A stretch of DNA of 10,654 nucleotides, taken from Calditrichaceae bacterium. GTDB lineage: Bacteria; Calditrichota; Calditrichia; Calditrichales; JBFXGD01. This document shows, in pieces, positions 1-7,007 of the stretch. The stretch is taken from positions 1-10,654 of the forward strand of contig JBFXGD010000121.1 in assembly GCA_050178385.1 (NCBI GenBank), given 5' to 3'. The position numbers and the translations under genes were made by a program. The first letter of the stretch is position 1, and each line of letters starts with the position of its first letter. The notes under the pieces are model-generated. The model saw only the letters and a list, made by a program, of their open reading frames with translations. It was not told where the DNA came from and did no database searches.

Positions 1-1
1 G

Positions 2-604
2 GGAATAGATCTGGATACTGTTAAAGCGGATGAAACTCTTAAGCAAGGCGAATCCGTTGAGACCGAAGAAAAGGACGTAAAGAGCAAATCCAAAAAAACG
101 AAGTCCAAAGAAGATAAACAAATCGCCGAATTTGAATCACAAATAGAAAAACTTGGCGCGGAGAACAAAAAACTTGAAGAAGAAAATAAACAATTAAAAG
201 ATAAAATGTTGCGAATATCGGCCGAGTTTGAAAATTATAAAAACCGTAGAGAAAAAGAAGCAATTCAGTTGATAGAGTATGCGAATGAAGGTCTGATTTC
301 GGATATTTTACCAGTAATCGACGACTTGGAACGCTCCATTATTCACGCGAATGATGATAACAATTCAAATTCGATAAAAGAGGGAATAAAATTAGTTTAT
401 AAAAATCTAATGAACACTCTTGAAAAAAAGGGATTGCAGCCAATCATCGCGGTCGGGGAGGAATTTGATCCCGAGAAGCACCAGGCTCTTGTTCAGGTGG
501 ATTCTGAGAAATTTGAAAGCGGATATGTTGTCGATGAACATTTAAAAGGGTATAATCTGAACGGTAAAGTAATTCGGCATTCGCAGGTTCTGGTAGCAAA
601 ATAA
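2..604 (+). CDS. grpE: Nucleotide exchange factor GrpE (5'-truncated; true start lies upstream of the window)
   Basis: The frame of the 206..604 ORF is open back to position 2 (GIDLDTVKADETLKQGESVETEEKDVKSK...ENKQLKDKMLR), an acidic/Lys-rich N-terminus and coiled coil. GrpE motifs: LRISAEFENYKNR, LPVIDDLERS, GEEFDPEKHQA, KGYNLNGKVIRHSQVLV. ATG 206 is an internal Met. Confidence 0.97.
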   Translation, partial: GIDLDTVKADETLKQGESVETEEKDVKSKSKKTKSKEDKQIAEFESQIEKLGAENKKLEEENKQLKDKMLRISAEFENYKNRREKEAIQLIEYANEGLISDILPVIDDLERSIIHANDDNNSNSIKEGIKLVYKNLMNTLEKKGLQPIIAVGEEFDPEKHQALVQVDSEKFESGYVVDEHLKGYNLNGKVIRHSQVLVAK

Positions 605-613
605 GGTGAAACA

Positions 614-1765
614 ATGACAACAAAGAGGGATTATTACGAAATACTGGGAGTCGATCGAAACGCGGTGGCGGATGAGATCAAAAAAGCTTACAGGAAATTG
701 GCAATAAAATATCATCCGGACAAGAATCCCGATGACAAGACCGCTGAAGAAAAATTTAAGGAAATCGCGGAAGCATATGCGGTCTTAAGCGATCAGTCAA
801 AACGCCAGCGATATGACCGGTTTGGACATCAGGGAGCTGCCGGCGGCGGTTTTAACGGGATGGACTTCGGGGATTTTGATATATCAGACGCCTTGCGTCA
901 ATTTATGGAGCAGGGTTTTGGTTTCGGTGATATATTCGGTGGGGGCGGAGGCCGGAGACGGGCATCGTCAAACCGAAAAGGCGGTGATTTACAAATCGCT
1001 CTGAAGCTTACACTTGAAGAAATCGCAACGGGGACCAAGAAAAAAATTAAGGTTAAAAAAATGGTCCACTGTTCTGAATGCAACGGCTCAGGATCGGCTC
1101 AGTACAGTAAGACTCAGGCCTGCCCGGCTTGTCATGGCAGTGGTGAAGTAAGACAGGTGTCTCAATCATTATTCGGCCAGTTTGTAAATGTCGCGGCATG
1201 CAGCCGTTGTAACGGCGAAGGGCAGATCATTGAAAATCCATGCCGCGCTTGCAGTGGCGACGGCCGTGTGATGGACAGTAAAACAATTGAAGTAAATGTT
1301 CCCGCGGGCGTCAAAACAGGAAACTATATACCTATGCAGGGGGAAGGGCACAGCGGCCGAAGAAAAGGCGCGGCCGGGGACCTGCTTATATTTATCGAAG
1401 AGTTACCCCATAAAATTTTCGAACGGCGCGGAGATGATGTAATCATGGTACTTCCTGTGAGTTTCCCGGAGGCGGCTCTGGGCGCCTCAAAGGAAATACC
1501 TACACTCACCGGAAAAGCGAAGCTCAATATTACGGCGGGTACTCAGTCCGGCAGGATTTTAAGGATGCGGAACAAGGGGATTCCTCATTTGCAGTCAACG
1601 GGAGTTGGGGATCAACTGATCCAAATTCAGGTTTTTGTGCCGACCAGGCTGAATCCTGAAGAGAAAAGTATGCTGTCAGAATTAGAAAAAAGTGAAAATA
1701 TGCAGCCGCAGGAAGATGAACACAAGACAATTTTCGAAAAATTTAAAGAAGCATTAAATATATAA
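614..1765 (+). CDS. dnaJ: Molecular chaperone DnaJ (class A)
   Basis: J-domain (DYYEILGV...YHPDKN), G/F-rich region, four CxxCxGxG repeats ([32 protein letters not shown]) and the C-terminal domain. SD-like AAGGTG lies upstream at 603-608. Confidence 0.99.
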   Translation: MTTKRDYYEILGVDRNAVADEIKKAYRKLAIKYHPDKNPDDKTAEEKFKEIAEAYAVLSDQSKRQRYDRFGHQGAAGGGFNGMDFGDFDISDALRQFMEQGFGFGDIFGGGGGRRRASSNRKGGDLQIALKLTLEEIATGTKKKIKVKKMVHCSECNGSGSAQYSKTQACPACHGSGEVRQVSQSLFGQFVNVAACSRCNGEGQIIENPCRACSGDGRVMDSKTIEVNVPAGVKTGNYIPMQGEGHSGRRKGAAGDLLIFIEELPHKIFERRGDDVIMVLPVSFPEAALGASKEIPTLTGKAKLNITAGTQSGRILRMRNKGIPHLQSTGVGDQLIQIQVFVPTRLNPEEKSMLSELEKSENMQPQEDEHKTIFEKFKEALNI

Positions 1766-1770
1766 ACCCC

Positions 1771-1810
1771 AAAAAGCCGAATACGGTAAACCCGATCGGC
1801 TTTTTTTATT
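1771..1810 (+). terminator. Rho-independent terminator after dnaJ (possibly bidirectional)
   Basis: Inverted repeat AAAAAGCCGA (1771-1780) / TCGGCTTTTT (1796-1805), followed by a T-rich tract, 5 nt after the dnaJ stop. The A-tract on the 5' side gives a U-tail on the minus strand too. Confidence 0.9.
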
Positions 1811-1878
1811 TTTATTTCATCTTCAGGATTTACACCCTAACTTACTTAAAAGCAGTCCTGTTTGAATAGAGAGGCGGT

Positions 1879-2331
1879 ATGCTGAACCTTACTTCATCGG
1901 AAAGGAGAGCACTTCTCATCATCGGTGGTGTGATTTTAGTCAGTTTGTTTGTACAATGGCTAAAACCGCAGGGGATAAATACGAATCTTTATAATTATCA
2001 ATCACAGGATAGCCTTTTCAACAGTTTATCGGAAGCCGGTTCGATCAGTTCCTTTTACAACCAACAGGCAAAAACAAAAGAATTATCTTCATCAAAAGAA
2101 AAAGTTAATAAAATCCTGAAACAAAAAAGCATCAATATAAATACCGCCGGACAAAAAGAGCTGGAAAAACTTCCGAGAATTGGTCCGGCGACCGCTAAAG
2201 GAATAATTGAATACCGGGATAAGAATGGTCCGTTTAAATCTATAAATGATTTGGATAAAGTTAAAAGAATCGGACCTAAAACAATCGATTTAATAGAACC
2301 ATACATATACATCACGTCAGATTCATTGTGA
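1879..2331 (+). CDS. comEA: ComEA-family membrane-anchored helix-hairpin-helix DNA-binding protein
   Basis: N-terminal hydrophobic anchor (ALLIIGGVILVSLFVQWL), Ser/Lys-rich linker, and C-terminal ININTA...LEKLPRIGPATAKGIIEYRDKNGPFKSINDLDKVKRIGPKT with two HhH motifs. SD-like GAGG upstream. Confidence 0.9.
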   Translation: MLNLTSSERRALLIIGGVILVSLFVQWLKPQGINTNLYNYQSQDSLFNSLSEAGSISSFYNQQAKTKELSSSKEKVNKILKQKSININTAGQKELEKLPRIGPATAKGIIEYRDKNGPFKSINDLDKVKRIGPKTIDLIEPYIYITSDSL

Positions 2332-2351
2332 CATTTTAATCGGGTACCGCT

Positions 2352-3371
2352 GTGAAAAAGAGAATCATTATTCTGGCAGATGAAGCTTTGCGGCCAATGC
2401 ATTCAAAGTCAGAATCTGTTTTAATTCGCTACCTTCAAAAAGAAATTATCGGCGTGGTCGACCGCGTAAATGCAGGCAAAACTTTACAGCAAGTTCTTGG
2501 TTTCGGGGGTGAGATTCCAGTTACAGCCACATTGGATGAACTGCTTAAGTTAAAGCCGAATCATATTATAATCGGATTGTCGAAGACAGGCGGCGGGCTG
2601 CCGGTCGCGTTGTATCCTCTGATAATCAAAGCTTTGCAAATGAGGCTGACCATCATAAATGGTTATCATCAGTTTTTAAACGAAACGGCCGAATTTAAAC
2701 TGCTGGCCGATAAATATAAAGTTAAAATTATAGATCTGCGATCCACAGATGATAAGTACCTTAAATTCAGAGGACGCACAAAAAATCTGAAATCCCGAAA
2801 TATAATGACAATTGGAACAAACGAATTATCCGGAAAACTTACAACAACAATAGAATTAGTTAGCGGGTTACACCAGAGGGGAGTTTCGGCAGATTGGCTG
2901 GCGACAAGTCTTACCGGTCGGCTTGTCAAGGGAAAGGGAATTATTACTGACGCCACAAGGAGTGACCTGGTATCAGCGACTGTCGAAAATGAGATGGTCG
3001 GCATGGGTGATAAGTTTGAATATATTGTTATAGAAGGCAGAGGCGGAATCTATAATCCGGTCTCGGCGTCCGCCAATATCGGAATATTACACGGCGCTAT
3101 GCCTGACGCGCTAATTTTATGTCATCGGGCCGAAATCAATGATAGCCAGACGATCCTCACAAACACCATCGAAACGTATCGTCAGCTTCTTTCGGCGATC
3201 AACTCCGCGCCAGTTCTGGTAATATCTCTAAATACAGCCATGTTGAGCGAAAGTGAAGCGGCTTCGCAGATTCAGAAGGTAGAAACAAAATTCGGGTTGC
3301 CTGTAACGGATCCTGTGCGCTTTGGTGTCGATAAAATCGCGGATACTCTCATAAATTATTTCAGCAAATGA
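2352..3371 (+). CDS. DUF1611 / DgcN (D-glutamate N-acetyltransferase)-like P-loop protein, divergent motifs
   Basis: GTG start. N-terminal domain with IGLSKTGGGLP and IINGYHQFL, P-loop-like GTNELSGKLTT, IEGRGGIYNP, ILHGAMPDALILCH, and C-terminal GLPVTDPVRFG match the DUF1611 architecture as I recall it. Confidence 0.82.
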   Translation: MKKRIIILADEALRPMHSKSESVLIRYLQKEIIGVVDRVNAGKTLQQVLGFGGEIPVTATLDELLKLKPNHIIIGLSKTGGGLPVALYPLIIKALQMRLTIINGYHQFLNETAEFKLLADKYKVKIIDLRSTDDKYLKFRGRTKNLKSRNIMTIGTNELSGKLTTTIELVSGLHQRGVSADWLATSLTGRLVKGKGIITDATRSDLVSATVENEMVGMGDKFEYIVIEGRGGIYNPVSASANIGILHGAMPDALILCHRAEINDSQTILTNTIETYRQLLSAINSAPVLVISLNTAMLSESEAASQIQKVETKFGLPVTDPVRFGVDKIADTLINYFSK

Positions 3372-3388
3372 CGGCTTCAGCCGGATAA

Positions 3389-3937
3389 TTATACTTTGTA
3401 CAAAATTCGAGCCGCCACTTCCCCGGCTTCTTCCTTGCCTTTCAAATCGGAAATAATCGCAAGGCTAAAATCGATTGCGGTTCCCACACCGCGGCTGGTG
3501 ATGATTTGACCATCCCGGACAACCCTTTCTTCAAGATATACGCTGTCAGTAAAGATACCTTTATCCGTCGGATAGCTGGTTAGTTTCATCCCCTTAGCGA
3601 TACCGGTGGCATGGAATACGACCGGCGCCGAACAGATTGCCGCCAGTTTTTTACCGGATTTGAAGCGTGAATTGACCCAGTTGATAATATTTCTGTTTTC
3701 TTTAAGATTGTTTGAGCCGGGCTGTCCTCCGGGCAGAATCAGGACATCAAATTCATCAGGATCAACATCCAGGTAATACGCGTCAGGAATGATACTGATC
3801 TGATGCGATCCGGTCACCGAATCCAATTCGAGACCGGCCACGGTGACGTCAATTTTACCCCGTCTCAGCAAATCAATAATTGTGACAGCTTCAATCTCTT
3901 CGAATCCGGGTGCAAGGATTACAAGCGCCTTTTCCAA
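3389..3937 (-). CDS. DJ-1/PfpI (YajL/ThiJ) family protein deglycase/glyoxalase
   Basis: Motifs APGFEEIEAV, DVLILPGGQPG, AAICSAP (nucleophile-elbow Cys) and IITSRGVGTAIDF. The TTG start is supported by AAGGAG on the minus strand at 3945-3950. Confidence 0.95.
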   Translation of the reverse strand: MEKALVILAPGFEEIEAVTIIDLLRRGKIDVTVAGLELDSVTGSHQISIIPDAYYLDVDPDEFDVLILPGGQPGSNNLKENRNIINWVNSRFKSGKKLAAICSAPVVFHATGIAKGMKLTSYPTDKGIFTDSVYLEERVVRDGQIITSRGVGTAIDFSLAIISDLKGKEEAGEVAARILYKV

Positions 3938-3944
3938 TTGTGTA

Positions 3945-3950
3945 CTCCTT
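3945..3950 (-). promoter_or_regulatory. Shine-Dalgarno site for the DJ-1 gene
   Basis: CTCCTT on the plus strand reads AAGGAG on the minus strand, 7 nt before the TTG start at 3937. Confidence 0.8.
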
Positions 3951-3970
3951 ATTGTATTTAATAAATAATA

Positions 3971-3999
3971 AATCTATTCCGGTTAAGTGCCAAAGTCAA
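3971..3999 (-). promoter_or_regulatory. Putative sigma70-type promoter for the DJ-1 gene
   Basis: Minus strand TTGACT (3999-3994), 17 nt spacer, TAGATT (3976-3971), in the AT-rich divergent intergenic region. Confidence 0.6.
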
Positions 4000-4011
4000 T
4001 CATCTGCCCGG

Positions 4012-4040
4012 TTGCTTTTATTATTAATTATATTTACTTT
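4012..4040 (+). promoter_or_regulatory. Putative sigma70-type promoter for lpxH
   Basis: TTGCTT (4012-4017), 17 nt AT-only spacer, TACTTT (4035-4040), 47 nt before ATG 4088. Confidence 0.45.
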
Positions 4041-4087
4041 AACGTCTTTTAACATAAACGACGGCAAAAGGGTTCATCCGGTAAAAA

Positions 4088-4819
4088 ATGATAAAAGCAT
4101 ATTTCATTTCTGATTTACACATCGGCGCGAATGAAAGCGAGGAAGAGCATCAAAAACAGACGCATTTTCTGCGTTTTCTGGATGAGATAGAAAAAGATGC
4201 AACGCACCTTTTTATTGTGGGAGATCTTTTTGATTTCTGGTTTGAATACAAGTATGTGATTCCCAAAAAATATTTTAATTTTCTTTACAGGTTTAAGCGC
4301 TTAACAGACAAAGGCGTTGAAATAAATTATCTGGCGGGTAATCATGATTTTTTTCTTGGTCGTTTTTTTGATGAAATAATCGGTATGAAGACATGGCTCG
4401 ATGATTATGAATTCGAATTGGGCGGGAAAAACTTTTATCTGTTCCATGGCGATGGTGTCGCGAAAAAAGATACCGGCTACCGGTTTCTAAAGCGTGTATT
4501 CCGAAACAAGTTCAATCAGAGCATATTCAGATGGCTGCATCCCGATTTTGGATTCCGGTTCGCCCGTTTTATATCAGGCTCAAGCCGTGTGTATACAAAC
4601 CGGCTTGTTCTGAAGGATGTGGAAGATTACAGAGAATATGCCGAGAAGCAGTTTGACAGAGGATTTGATTATGTTATGATGGGACATAAGCATAATCCGC
4701 TGGTATATGAAAAAAATGATCATAAGTATATAAATCTAGGCGACTGGCTGGTCAATTTCAGCTATGCGGAATTTGACGGTAATAATTTAGAGTTAAAATA
4801 CTATCCGCTGAAAAAATGA
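4088..4819 (+). CDS. lpxH: UDP-2,3-diacylglucosamine diphosphatase (LpxH-like calcineurin-like metallophosphoesterase)
   Basis: Metallophosphoesterase motifs FISDLH, VGDLFDFWFE, AGNHDF, FHGDG, MGHKH and YINLGDW. The cap segment (DTGYRFLKRVFRN...WLHPD) is typical of LpxH-family proteins. Confidence 0.85.
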   Translation: MIKAYFISDLHIGANESEEEHQKQTHFLRFLDEIEKDATHLFIVGDLFDFWFEYKYVIPKKYFNFLYRFKRLTDKGVEINYLAGNHDFFLGRFFDEIIGMKTWLDDYEFELGGKNFYLFHGDGVAKKDTGYRFLKRVFRNKFNQSIFRWLHPDFGFRFARFISGSSRVYTNRLVLKDVEDYREYAEKQFDRGFDYVMMGHKHNPLVYEKNDHKYINLGDWLVNFSYAEFDGNNLELKYYPLKK

Positions 4820-4834
4820 ATTCAGAAACACCTC

Positions 4835-4864
4835 TTGATGCGCGCCCCCGCTCTTTCATAAATT
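4835..4864 (+). promoter_or_regulatory. Putative promoter for the dap/lys operon
   Basis: TTGATG (4835-4840), 18 nt spacer, TAAATT (4859-4864), within the 97-nt gap between lpxH and the M20 gene. Confidence 0.35.
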
Positions 4865-4916
4865 GATCAATCAGAATTTAAAATAAGAACAATTTAACGC
4901 GAACGGAATCCAGACA

Positions 4917-5912
4917 ATGAATTTATTTGAATTAACCCGTAAACTAATTGAGATAAAATCAATAACCGGTGAAGAAGCGGAAATAATCGGTTTTTTGTCT
5001 GAATATCTGAACGGCCGGGGATTTGATATCCGGTTGATTCCGGTTAACGGCGAGCGATCTAACATTCTCGCATTTAAGGGCGAACCGCGAGTTATACTTT
5101 CAACACATACGGATACAGTTTTACCATATATTCCTTATTCAGAGGATGATTCATACTTCTATGGCCGCGGAGCATGTGACACCAAGGGAATAATTGCTTC
5201 GCAGATCAAGGCGTCGGAAATGCTTTTATCAGGGGGATTTACTAATTTTGGCCTTCTTTTTGTCGTTGGCGAAGAAAGTATCAGCGATGGGGCTATTTCT
5301 GCCAATAAAATTGAAAATAATTGCCGCTGGCTGGTTAACGGGGAGCCGACCGAAAATAAAATGGCGATTGGCTCAAAAGGATCACTTAGGGTAAAATTAA
5401 CTGTAAAGGGAAAAGCTGCTCACGCGGCCTATCCGGAGCACGGAGAATCGGCGATTGAAAAATTGCTGGATATATTTAATGATATCCGGAAGGAATATTT
5501 TCCCAAACATGAACTTTTAGGCGCCACGACGTATAATATCGGAACGATTTCGGGAGGCATTCAGGCCAATGTGATTCCACCCTTCGCGGAGTCTCTTTTA
5601 ATGTTCAGGATTGTCTCTTCGGTTGCTGATGTAAAACAGATTCTGGAAAAAATAGTTAATAAACGGGCAAAATTAGAATATATTTTCGAATGTGAACCCG
5701 TGCTGACTAAAACACTGCCGGGGTATGAAACGATGGTTGCTTCTTATACAACGGATATACCAAATCTGAATAACTGGGGCAAGCCTGTTTTGTTTGGGCC
5801 CGGGAGTATTCTGGACGCGCACACGAATCATGAAAAAATCAGCAAAAAAGAACTGGCTGACGCGGTTGAATTATATTATGAAATCGTTAAAAAATTATTA
5901 TTGGAAGCATGA
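4917..5912 (+). CDS. M20 (ArgE/DapE-like) metallo-hydrolase, probable N-succinyl-diaminopimelate desuccinylase by context
   Basis: M20 metal-binding motifs STHTDTV, YGRGACDTKG, VGEE, NGEPT and GPGSILDAHT. Dimerisation-domain HAAYP and ANVIP. First gene of the dap cluster, and its stop overlaps the asd ATG. Confidence 0.85.
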   Translation: MNLFELTRKLIEIKSITGEEAEIIGFLSEYLNGRGFDIRLIPVNGERSNILAFKGEPRVILSTHTDTVLPYIPYSEDDSYFYGRGACDTKGIIASQIKASEMLLSGGFTNFGLLFVVGEESISDGAISANKIENNCRWLVNGEPTENKMAIGSKGSLRVKLTVKGKAAHAAYPEHGESAIEKLLDIFNDIRKEYFPKHELLGATTYNIGTISGGIQANVIPPFAESLLMFRIVSSVADVKQILEKIVNKRAKLEYIFECEPVLTKTLPGYETMVASYTTDIPNLNNWGKPVLFGPGSILDAHTNHEKISKKELADAVELYYEIVKKLLLEA

Positions 5913-6988
5913 GAAAAATTATGGATAAAATTAAAGTTGGAATTTTGGGAGCAACCGGAACAGTCGGTCAGAAATTTGTCGCTTTGCTTGAAAATCATCC
6001 CTGGTTTGAAGTGACGGAACTTGCCGCATCAAAGCAGTCAGCCGGAAAAATTTATTCAGAAGCCGTCCACTGGACTCAAAAATCAGGTTTGCCGGAAAAA
6101 ATTAGCAGGCTTACGGTTAAAGAATGTAAACCTGATCTTGACTGCCGGATTGTATTCTCGGGACTAGACGCATCGGTAGCGGGTGGAATTGAGGAAGAAT
6201 TCGCGTCAGCGGGATACGCGGTTTTTAGTAACGCGCGCAATCACCGTTATGATCATGATGTACCGCTGATGATTCCGGAACTGAATGCGGGTCATGCTGA
6301 TTTAATCGATATACAGCAAGAAAACCGCAGCTGGCCCGGATTTATTGTGACAAATCCGAATTGTTCGACCATTTTTCTTGCTATGGCTCTCTATCCGCTT
6401 CATCAGAAATTTACCGTGGAAAAAGTATCCGTGGTGACGATGCAGGCTGTTTCCGGGGCGGGTTATCCCGGCGTGGCCTCATTAGATATACTCGGCAATG
6501 TGATGCCATTTATTTCGGGAGAAGAGGAAAAAATAGCGAAGGAAACACGAAAAATACTGGGAAAAATAACAAACGGTAAAATCGAGGACGCGGATATTCC
6601 CGTCAGCGCTCAGTGCAACAGGGTATCAGTGGAAGATGGTCATCTTGAGAGTATCTCGGTCAAGCTGAGAGAAAAGACAAGTATCGCGGAGATTTCAGAA
6701 ATCTATAAAAACTTTAAGGCGTCGCCTCAGGAGTTAAATCTCCCCTCCGCGCCCGGGAGACCGACCGTTGTTATGGAAGAACCGGACCGGCCGCAGCCCA
6801 AATATGATATTATGGTTGAAAAAGGAATGGCTACGGTAATTGGAAGAATTCAAACCTGCCCGGTATTGGATTACCGGATGATCGCTCTTGGACATAATAC
6901 GATCCGGGGAGCGGCGGGCGCCTCAATTCTTAATGCCGAATTATTGTTAAAACAGGGACAACTGGATAATATTATCAAGAACAAATAA
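5909..6988 (+). CDS. asd: Aspartate-semialdehyde dehydrogenase (archaeal/fungal-type subfamily)
   Basis: Motifs KVGILGATGTVGQKF...HPWFE, TNPNCST (catalytic Cys), QAVSGAGYPGV, CNRVSVEDGH and GHNTIRGAAG. The start is either ATG 5909 (ATGA overlap with the M20 stop) or ATG 5921. Confidence 0.97.
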   Translation: MRKIMDKIKVGILGATGTVGQKFVALLENHPWFEVTELAASKQSAGKIYSEAVHWTQKSGLPEKISRLTVKECKPDLDCRIVFSGLDASVAGGIEEEFASAGYAVFSNARNHRYDHDVPLMIPELNAGHADLIDIQQENRSWPGFIVTNPNCSTIFLAMALYPLHQKFTVEKVSVVTMQAVSGAGYPGVASLDILGNVMPFISGEEEKIAKETRKILGKITNGKIEDADIPVSAQCNRVSVEDGHLESISVKLREKTSIAEISEIYKNFKASPQELNLPSAPGRPTVVMEEPDRPQPKYDIMVEKGMATVIGRIQTCPVLDYRMIALGHNTIRGAAGASILNAELLLKQGQLDNIIKNK

Positions 6989-7007
6989 GTATGAAAAAAT
7001 TGACAAT

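Noticed and set aside
206..208. ORF-track start for grpE
   Set aside because: The frame is open to the window edge and the upstream translation fits the GrpE N-terminal coiled coil, so this ATG is internal.
1815..1843. Candidate comEA promoter TTTCAT-17-TAACTT
   Set aside because: Poor -35 match within an AT-rich terminator tail, so it is not listed as a feature.
2161..2280. Both ComEA HhH motifs read RIGP instead of GIGP
   Set aside because: As I recall, this variant occurs in other ComEA proteins, and the internal similarity is explained by the tandem HhH fold.
3372..3383. CGGC-TTCA-GCCG hairpin between the convergent DUF1611 and DJ-1 stops
   Set aside because: Only a 4-bp stem with no U-tract on either strand, too weak to call a terminator.
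4820..4916. Possible lysine riboswitch or attenuator upstream of the dap operon
   Set aside because: The gap is only 97 nt, far shorter than a lysine riboswitch aptamer, with no terminator hairpin or Lys-rich leader visible.
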